The translations under genes were made by a program, and so were the position numbers. A DNA stretch of 64,000 bases, taken from NCBI GenBank assembly GCA_016935915.1, contig JAFGQB010000058.1, positions 2,496 to 66,495 on the forward strand, written 5' to 3'. Positions 40,517-50,864 of the stretch are shown in pieces; position 1 is the stretch's first letter, and the number at the start of each line of letters is the position of its first letter. Source of the stretch: Spirochaetota bacterium (GTDB lineage Bacteria; Spirochaetota; GWE2-31-10; JAFGQB01). The notes beneath the pieces are model-generated. The model was not told the DNA's origin and made no database searches. It saw only the letters and a program-made list of their open reading frames with translations.

Positions 40517-41501
40517 TTCTAAATTTTCCCTGTAATAAAAAACAGCTTGCTTTATGATTATTTTTAACAATAAACACTGGAGGATCATTTTTGCATATAT
40601 CCATTACATAGGGGCATCTGTTTTGAAACCTGCAGCCTTTGGGAAGCTCATTTAATGCAGGAACAACACCTTTTATAGTATTTAATTTTGTTTTTGGAAT
40701 ATTATCAAGCTTTGGAATGCTTTCCAATAATCCTTTAGTATAAGGATGCATGGGATTTTTAAACAATTCAGTAACAGGTGCAATTTCAGCAATCTTCCCT
40801 GCATACATTACAACTACATCTTCGCACATCTGTGCAATTACACCCAAATCATGTGTGATAAATATAATTGACATATTATTTTCTTTTTGAAGTACCTTTA
40901 TTAAATCAAGTATCTGAGCTTGAATTGTTACATCAAGAGCGGTTGTCGGTTCATCGGCAATTAATACTTCCGGATCACATGATAATGCCATTGCGATCAT
41001 TACCCTCTGACGAATTCCTCCAGAAAGCTGATGCGGATATTCATTTAATCTTCTTTCAGGATCAGGGATGCCGACTTTATTTAATAAATCAAGTGCTTTT
41101 TTATTTTTTTCGTTTTTTGTCATTTCAGGTTTATGAAGATCAAGCATTTCTGTTATCTGTTTACCTATTTTATGAACAGGATTAAGTGCAGTCATTGGCT
41201 CCTGAAATATCATGGCTATTTTTGAACCACGAATTTTATGCATTTCATCAGGATTGATTTTTAAAAGATCATTATTTTTAAACAACACTTCGCCGCTATT
41301 AATATTTCCAGCAGGTTTTGGAATTAATCTTAAAATAGATAGAGCTGTTACACTCTTTCCACACCCAGACTCACCTACAAGACCTAAACTTTTTCCCTTC
41401 TTAAGTTTAAAGGTTATATCTTCTACAGCATTTATCCTTCCGGATTCTGTATTAAAAGAAGTGACCAAACCTTTTATTTCTAAAATATAATCTTTTCCCA
41501 A
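40509..41501 (-). CDS. Peptide ABC transporter ATP-binding protein (OppD/DppD type)
   Basis: 330 aa. GESGCGKSV, LSGGIRQRVMIAMAL, VLIADEPTTALD. Confidence 0.92.
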   Translation of the reverse strand: MGKDYILEIKGLVTSFNTESGRINAVEDITFKLKKGKSLGLVGESGCGKSVTALSILRLIPKPAGNINSGEVLFKNNDLLKINPDEMHKIRGSKIAMIFQEPMTALNPVHKIGKQITEMLDLHKPEMTKNEKNKKALDLLNKVGIPDPERRLNEYPHQLSGGIRQRVMIAMALSCDPEVLIADEPTTALDVTIQAQILDLIKVLQKENNMSIIFITHDLGVIAQMCEDVVVMYAGKIAEIAPVTELFKNPMHPYTKGLLESIPKLDNIPKTKLNTIKGVVPALNELPKGCRFQNRCPYVMDICKNDPPVFIVKNNHKASCFLLQGKFRNE

Positions 41502-41521
41502 TTTTTTTATATTCCTGTAAA

Positions 41522-43387
41522 TTATTTTATAATATCCATTTTATAAGTTTCATCAACTATTGTGACAGGTTCAAATTTTATACCTGACTTTAAAGCATCC
41601 AGAGTCTCTTTCTTTATATTTTCATCTATCCAGAATAAACCTCCATAGGAAGTATTAAAAGGATCAAATAAATTATCTGTAACTTTTGTTCCAAATTTTT
41701 TTGGCAATTTAATCCATCTCCAGTAAGCTTCTCTGACATAAGGAATCATAAAAGTTGGAACAAAATCACCTATATTATAAATCTTTTCCTGGAGAATTAA
41801 TGATAATTTTATTCTTTCATTTTCATCAATGGAATTTCTGTATTGATCAATTAATATATCAAGTTCTTTATCATCATTATTTGTTACATTATTTGTCTGG
41901 GGTTTATGTGCATTATCAGAATGATAATGTTCCCAGAATCTTGGTCTTGATGATGTACTCCATCCCATCCATGCGACATCATGCTTCTTTTCCAGGATTT
42001 TTTTATAAGAAGTTGCAGGATCCAATCTATCCAAATTCAATTCTACGCCGGCTTTTTTTGCTTCTTCCTTTAATACAACAAGACGCTTTGTATGTTCTTC
42101 CTGACTATAAACTACATCTACAGAAAATCTTAATCCGTTTTTTATCCATATACCGTCATCTCCCCTATTCCAGCCAGATTTTTTCATATAATTGTCAACT
42201 TTATCAAGATCAAATCTTCTTGCCCTGATTTTGTTATTTGAATATTTCCCATATCCGACATAACCGTTTTCAAGCCTGAAATAATCATCTCTTAAAACTG
42301 TTTTAATAACCTTCTCAACATTCATTGCATGGGCAAATGCATAGCGTACATTTTTATCCTTAAAAATCTCTTTATCCTGATTTAAATACATTCCCATTGC
42401 TGACTGCGGGGTATCATTAAAAAACCATATCTTATTTATATAACCATATTCAAATTCCTTCACTTTTGTTTTATCATACCAGTAATCCGGTATTGTTAAA
42501 CCAAAAACATCGATACTGCCTTTTTTAAAATATTCCCATGCAATATTATTATCCTTTATTACCTTAAATATTACTCTATCTGCATTAAATCTGTTTTTAA
42601 AATATTTTAAATCTTTAGCCCACCAGTCTTTTTTTCGCTCAAAAATGATAAATTTTCCTTTATTAAATTTAGTAATTTGATAAGGTCCTGTATTGGGTAC
42701 AATAGACCAGTTATATTTTGTGATAAATTCCTCGTTTAACTGTTTATAAAAGTGGCGCGGAGTAGGACTTAAAGTTAGATATAAATATAATTCTGGAAGT
42801 GGTTTATTTAATGAAATTGAAATAGTATAATCATCATATACTATTACTTTTTCTATGAAGTTTGTATAATAATCATTATACCAGGGTGCAACAATATGCT
42901 TTGATCTCATAAATTCAATTGTATATGCATAATCATGTCCTGTTACAGAGACTCCATCTGACCATTTTGCATTTTTATCAAGCTTAAAATACATTGTTCT
43001 CTTATTTTTATCAAAAGCCCAATGAGTAGCCAGCGAAGGAATTAAATTTTCACTATTTGGATGCATCTCAAGCAATGATAACTGATTATCTAATATTAAG
43101 CCTCTTAAACTGTTATTTGAATCTGGACCGACAACTCTAAAAGTATTTGGAAACGAAAGTATAAAAGAATTTAGAGTTCCTCCTTTTTTAGCCTCAGGTG
43201 ATGCAAATTCTAAATCAGTATCATTTGTAAGCCAAATAATATCTGAAGGTATTGGTTCTGAAGAATAGAAAGCTTTAAATATTTCTTCTGAATCTTGACT
43301 GACATTAGAATCTGTTTTTTTACAAGAAATTATAATTATAAAAAATATAATTAAAATCGGCAAAAAAATATTTATTAATTTTTTCAT
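41522..43387 (-). CDS. Family 5 extracellular solute-binding lipoprotein (YejA/OppA-like)
   Basis: 621 aa. Lipoprotein leader IIIISCKK. Length and sequence character of SBP_bac_5 proteins. Located in an operon with the permeases and ATPases. Confidence 0.85.
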   Translation of the reverse strand: MKKLINIFLPILIIFFIIIISCKKTDSNVSQDSEEIFKAFYSSEPIPSDIIWLTNDTDLEFASPEAKKGGTLNSFILSFPNTFRVVGPDSNNSLRGLILDNQLSLLEMHPNSENLIPSLATHWAFDKNKRTMYFKLDKNAKWSDGVSVTGHDYAYTIEFMRSKHIVAPWYNDYYTNFIEKVIVYDDYTISISLNKPLPELYLYLTLSPTPRHFYKQLNEEFITKYNWSIVPNTGPYQITKFNKGKFIIFERKKDWWAKDLKYFKNRFNADRVIFKVIKDNNIAWEYFKKGSIDVFGLTIPDYWYDKTKVKEFEYGYINKIWFFNDTPQSAMGMYLNQDKEIFKDKNVRYAFAHAMNVEKVIKTVLRDDYFRLENGYVGYGKYSNNKIRARRFDLDKVDNYMKKSGWNRGDDGIWIKNGLRFSVDVVYSQEEHTKRLVVLKEEAKKAGVELNLDRLDPATSYKKILEKKHDVAWMGWSTSSRPRFWEHYHSDNAHKPQTNNVTNNDDKELDILIDQYRNSIDENERIKLSLILQEKIYNIGDFVPTFMIPYVREAYWRWIKLPKKFGTKVTDNLFDPFNTSYGGLFWIDENIKKETLDALKSGIKFEPVTIVDETYKMDIIK

Positions 43388-43405
43388 TTTAATTATCTCC
43401 TTTTA

Positions 43406-44452
43406 TTATTCATATGTAGTAAATAATTTCGGATCAAAAGCCTCTCTTACAGCTTCACCGATAAAAGTTACCAATGTTAATACAAGTATCATTGCCGAAA
43501 TAACAGAACCGGCAATCCAGTAACTTTGAAGGCTTGACCATCCCTGCTGTAATAATTCTCCCCAGCTTGGTGAGGGAGGTTTTAAACCAAATCCGAGATA
43601 ATCAAGTGACGTTAAAGTAATTATGCCTGAAGATATCGAAAATGGTGCATAAGTAATTATAATTGAAATCGTGTTCGGTATAATATGCCTGAAAATGATC
43701 CTTGAGCTGCTTGCCCCTAGTGATCTTGCGGCAAGTACATAATCTCTCTCTTTTTCTTTATAAGTTATTGTTCTCATGACCCATGTCATACCTATCCATT
43801 GAAAAAAAACCATAATTAAAATCAATAACATTATATTAGGTGTAACAATTGAGGAAATTATTATAACAACATATAAAAAGGGAACATTTGACCAGATTTC
43901 AATTATTCTCTGAAAAACAATGTCAAAAACACCACCAAAATATCCCATAATACAACCTATAGATATCCCTATCATATAATTGATAATCAATAAAGTAAAA
44001 GAAAATAATAAAGCCAGCCTGAAGCCATATACAAGTCTTGCAAGTATATCTCTTCCTGCTTTATCCGTTCCCACAAAATGTTTGTCTTTTAATGACGGCG
44101 GATATGGAGGATATAAATTTTCTTTTAAATCATTTTCATAACTGTTAAAAGGCACAATTGGCAGTAAAACCCAGTTGTCTGAACTAGAATTACTAAAATT
44201 GTTTTTTAATTCCCTGTAATTTGTTTCATAATCATAATCCAGTCCAAAAACTTTACCAGGATACATTTTATTGTAGACAGGAAAATAAATTTTTTTATTA
44301 TAATATACAATTAAAGCCCTGTTATTGATAAAAAGCTCAGCAAATAAAGTAAATAATATAATTATAAAAAAAATAATAAATGAATAATATCCTCTTTTAA
44401 TAGATTTAAAACGTTTTATTTTATTTAAAGTTAAGGGATTTATTCTTATCAT
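43406..44452 (-). CDS. Peptide ABC transporter permease (YejE/OppC type)
   Basis: 348 aa. BPD-transport EAA-type region (LAARSLGASSSRIIFRHIIPN) and an N-terminal extension typical of YejE. Confidence 0.88.
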   Translation of the reverse strand: MIRINPLTLNKIKRFKSIKRGYYSFIIFFIIILFTLFAELFINNRALIVYYNKKIYFPVYNKMYPGKVFGLDYDYETNYRELKNNFSNSSSDNWVLLPIVPFNSYENDLKENLYPPYPPSLKDKHFVGTDKAGRDILARLVYGFRLALLFSFTLLIINYMIGISIGCIMGYFGGVFDIVFQRIIEIWSNVPFLYVVIIISSIVTPNIMLLILIMVFFQWIGMTWVMRTITYKEKERDYVLAARSLGASSSRIIFRHIIPNTISIIITYAPFSISSGIITLTSLDYLGFGLKPPSPSWGELLQQGWSSLQSYWIAGSVISAMILVLTLVTFIGEAVREAFDPKLFTTYE

Positions 44453-45480
44453 TTAAATTGTACCCTCGGGTCAACAATTGCAACACATATGTCAGACAGA
44501 ATATTACCTGTTAAAAAAAGAAGTGAAGAAATAACTAGAATACCCATTACAACGGGATAATCCCTGTCAACAATTGATTCATAACCTAATAATCCCATAC
44601 CATTAATATTAAAAACAGTTTCAATTAAAAAAGAACCAGTTAAAATTATTGATATATTATTACCGAAACCTGTTGCAATAGGAATTAAACTGTTCCTTAA
44701 TGCATGCTTAAATATGGCACTTTTAAAGGTTAATCCCTTTGACATGGCTGTTCTTACAAAATCACTAGCCAGATTATCCATTAAAGTATTTTTCATTAAA
44801 AAAGTTAAAACAGCAAAAGAACCAAAAACATATGAAAATAAAGGAAGAGCTGTATGCCATAGTATGTCTAAAATTTTATGAAAAAAATTTAGATCAAAAA
44901 AATTATCGCTTGTAAATCCGCCCAAAGGAAAAATTTCAAATTTTGCAGCAAAAAGAAGCAATAGAAGTATACCTATAACCCATCCTGGTATTGCATATCC
45001 TATGAATACAATCACAGATGTTGAATTATCTATAATTGTTTTATGTTTAATAGCTTTAATAATACCTAAAGGAATACAGATAGAATAAATAATTATTAAT
45101 GAAAAAAAACCAAAATATAATGATATTGGCATTCTTTCAACAATCATTGTTAAAACAGGATCATAATACCTTGTTGAATTTCCAAAATCCCCTGTTAAAA
45201 TCTTGCCAAGCCAGATAAAATAACTTACAAAAATGGGCTTATCAAATCCGTAATATTTTTTTAATTGATTTAATTGATCGTCAGATAGAGGCTGAGATTG
45301 ATTGGTTTTAGTAAAATTTATTCTGCTTCCTCTTTCGGCAGCATTCATCTGCTGGACCTGCATAATTATTCTTTCAATAGGTCCACCAGGAACTAATCTA
45401 GTAATTGTAAATACTAAAAGTGTAATCCCCAAAAAAGTCGGAATAATTAATAATAATCTTCTTATAAAATAAGTCTGCAT
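44449..45480 (-). CDS. Peptide ABC transporter permease (YejB/OppB type)
   Basis: 343 aa. Starts MQTYFIRRLLLIIPTFLGITLLVF. EAA-type region RTAMSKGLTFKSAIFKHALRNSLIP. Confidence 0.88.
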   Translation of the reverse strand: MQTYFIRRLLLIIPTFLGITLLVFTITRLVPGGPIERIIMQVQQMNAAERGSRINFTKTNQSQPLSDDQLNQLKKYYGFDKPIFVSYFIWLGKILTGDFGNSTRYYDPVLTMIVERMPISLYFGFFSLIIIYSICIPLGIIKAIKHKTIIDNSTSVIVFIGYAIPGWVIGILLLLLFAAKFEIFPLGGFTSDNFFDLNFFHKILDILWHTALPLFSYVFGSFAVLTFLMKNTLMDNLASDFVRTAMSKGLTFKSAIFKHALRNSLIPIATGFGNNISIILTGSFLIETVFNINGMGLLGYESIVDRDYPVVMGILVISSLLFLTGNILSDICVAIVDPRVQFK

Positions 45481-45505
45481 TATTATTTCAATTTAAAAAT
45501 TTATA

Positions 45506-46357
45506 TTAATTTTCTTTCTTTTCACTTTTATTTTTCTTATTATCCTTCATAAAATTTGTCTGATTGATGATCGGAACAATTACATCAGCAGGGCATTTTA
45601 CCGCTGCCTGATATAGATCAATATCAGAATCATAATTAACAATTGCAAGATTATTTTCTACTTTGATCCTATCAACTCCTGCTGTTTTTTCGCATATTTT
45701 GCAGCCAATACAGCCTTTTTTGCATATTTGTTTAACAAGTTTTCCTGGATCTTTGCTTGAACAGGCTACAAAATAACCTCCGTTTTTTGGTACCATGTGA
45801 ATAACATTTTTCGGGCATATTGAAACGCATCTTTCACAGCCAATGCAGATATCCGCATTGATCCATACTCTATTATACTCATCTCTTTTAATAGCATCAA
45901 CAGGACAAACTCTGATACAATTACCCTTGCTGACGCATCCGTATTTGCATTTTTTTTCCCCCTCAAACAAATTGCTTACAGCAGTACAATCTTCTTCTCC
46001 ATTGAACTCATAATCCTTTAATGCGATTGCATCATCGCCTAAGCAGAAAACTTTTGCCACAAGTTTTAATTTAGCTATGCCTTTTTTCCCTAGTATTGAA
46101 CCTATTCTTTCCATGACATCATTACCGCCTGGTGTGCAAAGATTTATCTCAACATCTTTTTTAGACAGAGCATCTGCATAACCTGCACAGCCTGGATAAC
46201 CACAAGCTCCACAATTTATACCTGGTAATATAGATAAAATCTTATCAAATTTTGGATCGGTCTTAACATGAAAGAAAACACCTGCAAAAGCTAATCCTAG
46301 TCCAAATATAAATCCCAATAAAAGCAGTAAAACCAAACCTATAACTATACTAATCAT
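45506..46357 (-). CDS. rnfB: Rnf complex subunit B (polyferredoxin)
   Basis: 283 aa. N-terminal TM, CGACGYPGCAGYADAL motif, several CxxCxxCxxxCP clusters. Confidence 0.92.
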   Translation of the reverse strand: MISIVIGLVLLLLLGFIFGLGLAFAGVFFHVKTDPKFDKILSILPGINCGACGYPGCAGYADALSKKDVEINLCTPGGNDVMERIGSILGKKGIAKLKLVAKVFCLGDDAIALKDYEFNGEEDCTAVSNLFEGEKKCKYGCVSKGNCIRVCPVDAIKRDEYNRVWINADICIGCERCVSICPKNVIHMVPKNGGYFVACSSKDPGKLVKQICKKGCIGCKICEKTAGVDRIKVENNLAIVNYDSDIDLYQAAVKCPADVIVPIINQTNFMKDNKKNKSEKKEN

Positions 46358-46369
46358 ATGCCATCCTAA

Positions 46370-46975
46370 TTACTTTTGTACAAAAATGGATAAAATATTT
46401 TTATCTGCAGCAAAAAATGCCAAAGCCATTAATCCTGCTGTTATAAAAGCTATGGGTACACCCTTAAAAGGTTTCGGGATATCTGAAAATTCTAGTTTTT
46501 CCCTTATAGTAGCCATAATAAACATTGCAAATAAAAAACTTACACCACCCATAAAACCATGAACAATTGAATCAAATAGATTATATCCGAGATTTATATT
46601 AAGTTCAGCAACACCCAATACAGCACAATTTGTCGTTATTAGAGGAAGATAAATTCCAAGTGCATCATATAATGGAGGCATAATTTTCTTCAAAATAATC
46701 TCAACCAATTGCACTAAAGCAGCGATTACTAAAATAAAAGTTACTATTCTTAAATATTCTAAAGCAAATTTTTCTAAAACATACTTATATATAATAAAAG
46801 TAACGAAACTTGAAAGGGTCATAACAAACATTACAGCCAATCCCATACCTAATACAGAATCAAGTTTTTTGCTTACACCTATAAAAGGGCACAGACCAAG
46901 AAATTTTGACAGAACAAAATTATTAATAAATATAGTTCCTATAGAAATCTCTAAAAATCTTAATAAAAGATCCAT
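46370..46975 (-). CDS. rnfA: Rnf complex subunit A
   Basis: 201 aa integral membrane protein. RnfA/NqrE-type sequence (FLGLCPFIGVS, TTNCAVLGVA). Confidence 0.92.
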   Translation of the reverse strand: MDLLLRFLEISIGTIFINNFVLSKFLGLCPFIGVSKKLDSVLGMGLAVMFVMTLSSFVTFIIYKYVLEKFALEYLRIVTFILVIAALVQLVEIILKKIMPPLYDALGIYLPLITTNCAVLGVAELNINLGYNLFDSIVHGFMGGVSFLFAMFIMATIREKLEFSDIPKPFKGVPIAFITAGLMALAFFAADKNILSIFVQK

Positions 46976-47679
46976 TACAAAATCTCCTTATCTTCAAATT
47001 TCGATTTAAAATAATTAATGACGGCTAAAATCAATCCTATAACAAAAAAGGCGCCGGGTGCCATTGCAAGTACAAATATCCCTTTATAAAATTCTATTTT
47101 TTTACCGAATAATTCTATAATTAATTCTGAATCTTTGGTTATTACGGGTAATGTTAATACTTCCTTAACACCATAATTTCTGAAATCAATCCAGCAGTAA
47201 CCGAATATTTCTCTTATCATACTGATTAAAAGAAGAGATAATGTAAATCCAAGTCCCATACCTAGAGCATCCATTATTGATTCTAAAACATTCTTTTTAT
47301 TGGCGAAAGCTTCTGCTCTGCCTAAAATAATACAGTTAACTACAATTAATGGAACAAATATTCCGAGTGTTTTTGCTAGAAGAGGCACATAAGCCTTCAT
47401 CAGCATTTCAACTATTGTTACAAATGATGCAATAACTACTATATAAGCAGGTATTCTAACCTGTTCAGGTATATAGTTTTTTAATAATGAAATCATTATA
47501 TTTGAACAGATCAAAACTGCCGAAGCAGCAATGCCCATGCCTATTCCGTTTGCTATACTTGTAGTAACTGCTAAAGTCGGACATAATCCAAGTAAAATAA
47601 TAAGGCTCGGATTTTCCTTAATTATGCCTTTTGTAAATTCTTTTAATAAACTATTTTCTTGCTTAATCATATTGCTCAT
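46975..47679 (-). CDS. rnfE: Rnf complex subunit E
   Basis: 234 aa. RnfE/NqrD-type sequence (LLGLCPTLAVTT, VVNCIILGRAEAFA). Confidence 0.92.
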   Translation of the reverse strand: MSNMIKQENSLLKEFTKGIIKENPSLIILLGLCPTLAVTTSIANGIGMGIAASAVLICSNIMISLLKNYIPEQVRIPAYIVVIASFVTIVEMLMKAYVPLLAKTLGIFVPLIVVNCIILGRAEAFANKKNVLESIMDALGMGLGFTLSLLLISMIREIFGYCWIDFRNYGVKEVLTLPVITKDSELIIELFGKKIEFYKGIFVLAMAPGAFFVIGLILAVINYFKSKFEDKEIL

Positions 47680-47698
47680 AATAATTATTCCATAAAAA

Positions 47699-48286
47699 TT
47701 ATTTTATTTCATTTTTTAATAAATTTACACCTTTTTCCAATGCCCCTGCTATACCCTTAAAACTGATCGTAGCAGATGTTACAGTATCTTTATCTTCCGG
47801 AGACAATGAAACTAAATTATTTGGCAGCGGTTTTTCCTTAGTATTGGATCCATAAAAAAATTTCACATTTTCTTCCATTTCATATTTTTTGCCATATCCA
47901 GGTGTTTCGGAATTATCCATTAATTTTATTTTTATTATTTTCATATCTGTATCAACTGAAAATCCAACCTTCATTGCCCCTCCGAAACCGCTTCCCTGAC
48001 TATAAACAACATAGCCAAGTGTATTTTTGCCGGCATCAAAAGCTTTAAAATAATAAATGATTTTTTTATCCTTTTCATTAAGAGAACTAAATATCTGTTT
48101 TTCACTAAAACTTACAGCATTAGCAAAAAGGAATTTATTTGCCCTATCCTCTTCTGTTTTACTGTTTTCCTGTATTTTTCCAATTGTCAATGCATTAACT
48201 GAAATTAATAATGAGACAGCTATAAAACATATTATTGTTAATCTTAATGATATAATTAATGGCGTTAACGATTCTTTATTATTCAT
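47699..48286 (-). CDS. rnfG: Rnf complex subunit G (FMN-binding)
   Basis: 195 aa. N-terminal anchor. FMN-attachment region DTVTSATISFKG. Confidence 0.88.
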   Translation of the reverse strand: MNNKESLTPLIISLRLTIICFIAVSLLISVNALTIGKIQENSKTEEDRANKFLFANAVSFSEKQIFSSLNEKDKKIIYYFKAFDAGKNTLGYVVYSQGSGFGGAMKVGFSVDTDMKIIKIKLMDNSETPGYGKKYEMEENVKFFYGSNTKEKPLPNNLVSLSPEDKDTVTSATISFKGIAGALEKGVNLLKNEIK

Positions 48287-48297
48287 TAATCTTTCCT

Positions 48298-49401
48298 TTA
48301 TTTATTCTTGTTTTCCTTTATATATCCCATAGGCTTTATTTTAAATATCCTGTCCAATGTAGGCGTCATCATATTCATAAATAATATTGATAAACTAACC
48401 CCTTCCGGCAGACCGCTTAAAAATCTGATCAGCATTGTAATAACTCCGCAGCCAATTCCAAAAACTATTCTGCCTTTTATAGTAATAGGAGTTGTTACCA
48501 TATCCGTAGCCATAAAAAAAGCGCCAAGTACTAAACCACCGGTAAGAAAATGAAATAAAAAATCACCCTGAAAATATCCATTCCCAAGCTGCACACCGCC
48601 GAAAATCCATGCAATCAATAAAGCAGTTAATAAATACGATAACGGTATATCCAAAGTTATAATTTTTCGATATATTAAAAAACTTGCTCCAATCAATAAA
48701 AGGAATACAGATATTTCACCAATACATCCTCCCTTAAATCCAAAGAAAAGATCTATATATGAAATATCGGAATTACCGACACTTGTTTGATATACCTGAA
48801 GAGGACCTGAAAACATCCCTGCAATAAAACCGCTTGCTTTTGTAATACCGTCAGTAACACTGCCCTGTAATAATGCAGATTTATAAGCACCTAATGGTGT
48901 GGCTGATGAGACTGCATCAGCAGTAAATGGCAATGCCCATACAGTCATTTTTTTACTCCAAGCGAACAATGCAAATACTCTTCCTGCAATAGCCGGATTA
49001 GCCCAATTTTCACCTAATCCCCCAAAAGCCTGTTTAACAATGCCAATAGCAAAAATTGATGATATTATCGGTATATATAAAGGGACTCCAGGCGGCATAT
49101 TTAAAGCCAGGAGCAATCCTGTCAAAACTGCAGAACCATCATCCAAAGATATATCTTTTTTACGAATTTTTAATATAATCGCTTCTGTCACTAATGAAGC
49201 AGCTATGGAAGACATAATTATGAACAATGTATAAATTCCAAAGGCAAATATGCCAAATACTGCTGCAGGAAGTAATGCTAGATTTACAAGCCACATAATA
49301 TTTTTTGTGGTTTCTCTTTTATATAAATGAGGTGAAGTTGAAATTATATATTTAACAGATTCTTCAGTAACCTGTTGTTGATTATTAATATTTTCTTCCA
49401 T
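48298..49401 (-). CDS. rnfD: Rnf complex subunit D
   Basis: 367 aa polytopic protein of RnfD/NqrB type (TSPHLY, DAVSSATPL). Confidence 0.92.
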   Translation of the reverse strand: MEENINNQQQVTEESVKYIISTSPHLYKRETTKNIMWLVNLALLPAAVFGIFAFGIYTLFIIMSSIAASLVTEAIILKIRKKDISLDDGSAVLTGLLLALNMPPGVPLYIPIISSIFAIGIVKQAFGGLGENWANPAIAGRVFALFAWSKKMTVWALPFTADAVSSATPLGAYKSALLQGSVTDGITKASGFIAGMFSGPLQVYQTSVGNSDISYIDLFFGFKGGCIGEISVFLLLIGASFLIYRKIITLDIPLSYLLTALLIAWIFGGVQLGNGYFQGDFLFHFLTGGLVLGAFFMATDMVTTPITIKGRIVFGIGCGVITMLIRFLSGLPEGVSLSILFMNMMTPTLDRIFKIKPMGYIKENKNK

Positions 49402-49419
49402 AATTATGTAAAACCTTTA

Positions 49420-50748
49420 TCAATATAATTTTAATTTTTTTGTTATATCTTTGCCAAGCTTGAAATTTTGAACCAAAGGTATCTGTGCCGGACAAACCCA
49501 TGAACAGCATCCGCATTCTTTACAGTTTAATAAACCGGCATCAATAACTTCTTTAAATTTTTTATACTTTAATAATTTATTTATATATGTCGGCATCAGA
49601 CCAAAAGCACATGATATTACACAACGCCCGCAATTAATACAAATAGAATCAGTTTTATAAAAACTTAATTCTTCATCTGTAAAAGCCAATATCCCGCTGC
49701 ATGCTTTTGTAACCGGCACTTCCAGATCCATTTGTGCAAAACCCATCATCGGTCCGCCTATTATAACTTTTTTAACACCGGGCTTTAAACCTCCGCATTC
49801 GTTTATAACCTCTTTTACAGGAGTACCGACTTTGACTTTTAAATTCTTTGGTTCTTTTATTCCTGAACCTGTAACTGTAACGACTCTTTCTATTAAAGGT
49901 TTATCATTAACTATAGCCTCTTTTATTGCTATTACGGTAGAAACATTATGTACAACTGTATTTATTTCAAGAGGTATTTTACCTGCAGGTACGATCCTGC
50001 CTGTTATTGCTTTTATCAATTGCTTTTCATCACCCTGAGGATACCTTACTCTTAAAGGGACAATTTTAATATTATATTTATTACTGGATAAAATTTTCAA
50101 TCTTTTTATTGCATCTTTTTTATTTTCTTCTATTCCTATATAAACCTTTGGATTTTCCAGTATTGTACTTATAATGCTTATACCTTCCAGTAAATCTTCA
50201 CTCTTATCAATCATCAGTCTGTGATCTGCTGTTAAAAAAGGTTCGCATTCAGCGCCGTTAACAATAAATGTATCAACTTTTTTATCTTTTGGAATTGACA
50301 ATTTAACATGAGCAGGAAAAGTTGCACCGCCAAGACCGACAATGCCGTATTCTTTAATTTTATCAAGTAAAAAATCTTTGGATTTGCTTCTCCAGTCAAC
50401 AAGTTGAAGAATTTTACCCGACTTTTTGAATTCACCTTTGAGCTGTATAACTACTACTTTACTCCTTTTACCTATGCTGGTGAATCTTTCTTCTATCTTT
50501 ATAACAGTTCCGGGTATTGAAGAATGAACATTACTCGAAATGAAACCGTTAGCTTTTGCAATTAACTGCCCTTCCTCAACTTCCTGTCCTTCTTTTACTA
50601 TTATTTCAGCTGGTGTGCCAAGATGCTGATTAACAGGAATATAGGCTATATTGGGTACATCTGCATTTTCAATTTTTTTATGATTTGTTAAGAATTTAAA
50701 ATCCTCAGCATGTATACCGCCCATGCCAAAATTTTTTGTGAAAAACAT
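49420..50748 (-). CDS. rnfC: Rnf complex subunit C
   Basis: 442 aa. GLGGATFPAHVK nucleotide/FMN-binding region and two 4Fe-4S motifs (CINCGRCVISC, CKECGCCSWVCP). Confidence 0.93.
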   Translation of the reverse strand: MFFTKNFGMGGIHAEDFKFLTNHKKIENADVPNIAYIPVNQHLGTPAEIIVKEGQEVEEGQLIAKANGFISSNVHSSIPGTVIKIEERFTSIGKRSKVVVIQLKGEFKKSGKILQLVDWRSKSKDFLLDKIKEYGIVGLGGATFPAHVKLSIPKDKKVDTFIVNGAECEPFLTADHRLMIDKSEDLLEGISIISTILENPKVYIGIEENKKDAIKRLKILSSNKYNIKIVPLRVRYPQGDEKQLIKAITGRIVPAGKIPLEINTVVHNVSTVIAIKEAIVNDKPLIERVVTVTGSGIKEPKNLKVKVGTPVKEVINECGGLKPGVKKVIIGGPMMGFAQMDLEVPVTKACSGILAFTDEELSFYKTDSICINCGRCVISCAFGLMPTYINKLLKYKKFKEVIDAGLLNCKECGCCSWVCPAQIPLVQNFKLGKDITKKLKLY

Positions 50749-50864
50749 TTATGATTATCCTAAAAAAAATATGTGCTAATATAAATATTATATTAGACTA
50801 TGTCAATATATTTTTTTATTAAAACTTAAGTGATTTATTTGTTTATAATTTATTTTTTTTTATG

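Noticed and set aside
40517-40588. N-terminal 24-codon extension of the OppF-like ORF
   Set aside because: The extension would overlap the upstream ATPase gene by 80 nt. The conserved ABC ATPase N-terminus begins at Met25 (MNSYLLEVKNL).
41755-42228. 157-aa antisense ORF inside the solute-binding protein gene, with the antisense ORFs at 40868..41185 and 41212..41490 inside the ATPase gene
   Set aside because: It is the shadow frame of well-supported ABC transporter genes. The sequence is Tyr/Leu/His-rich with no start context.
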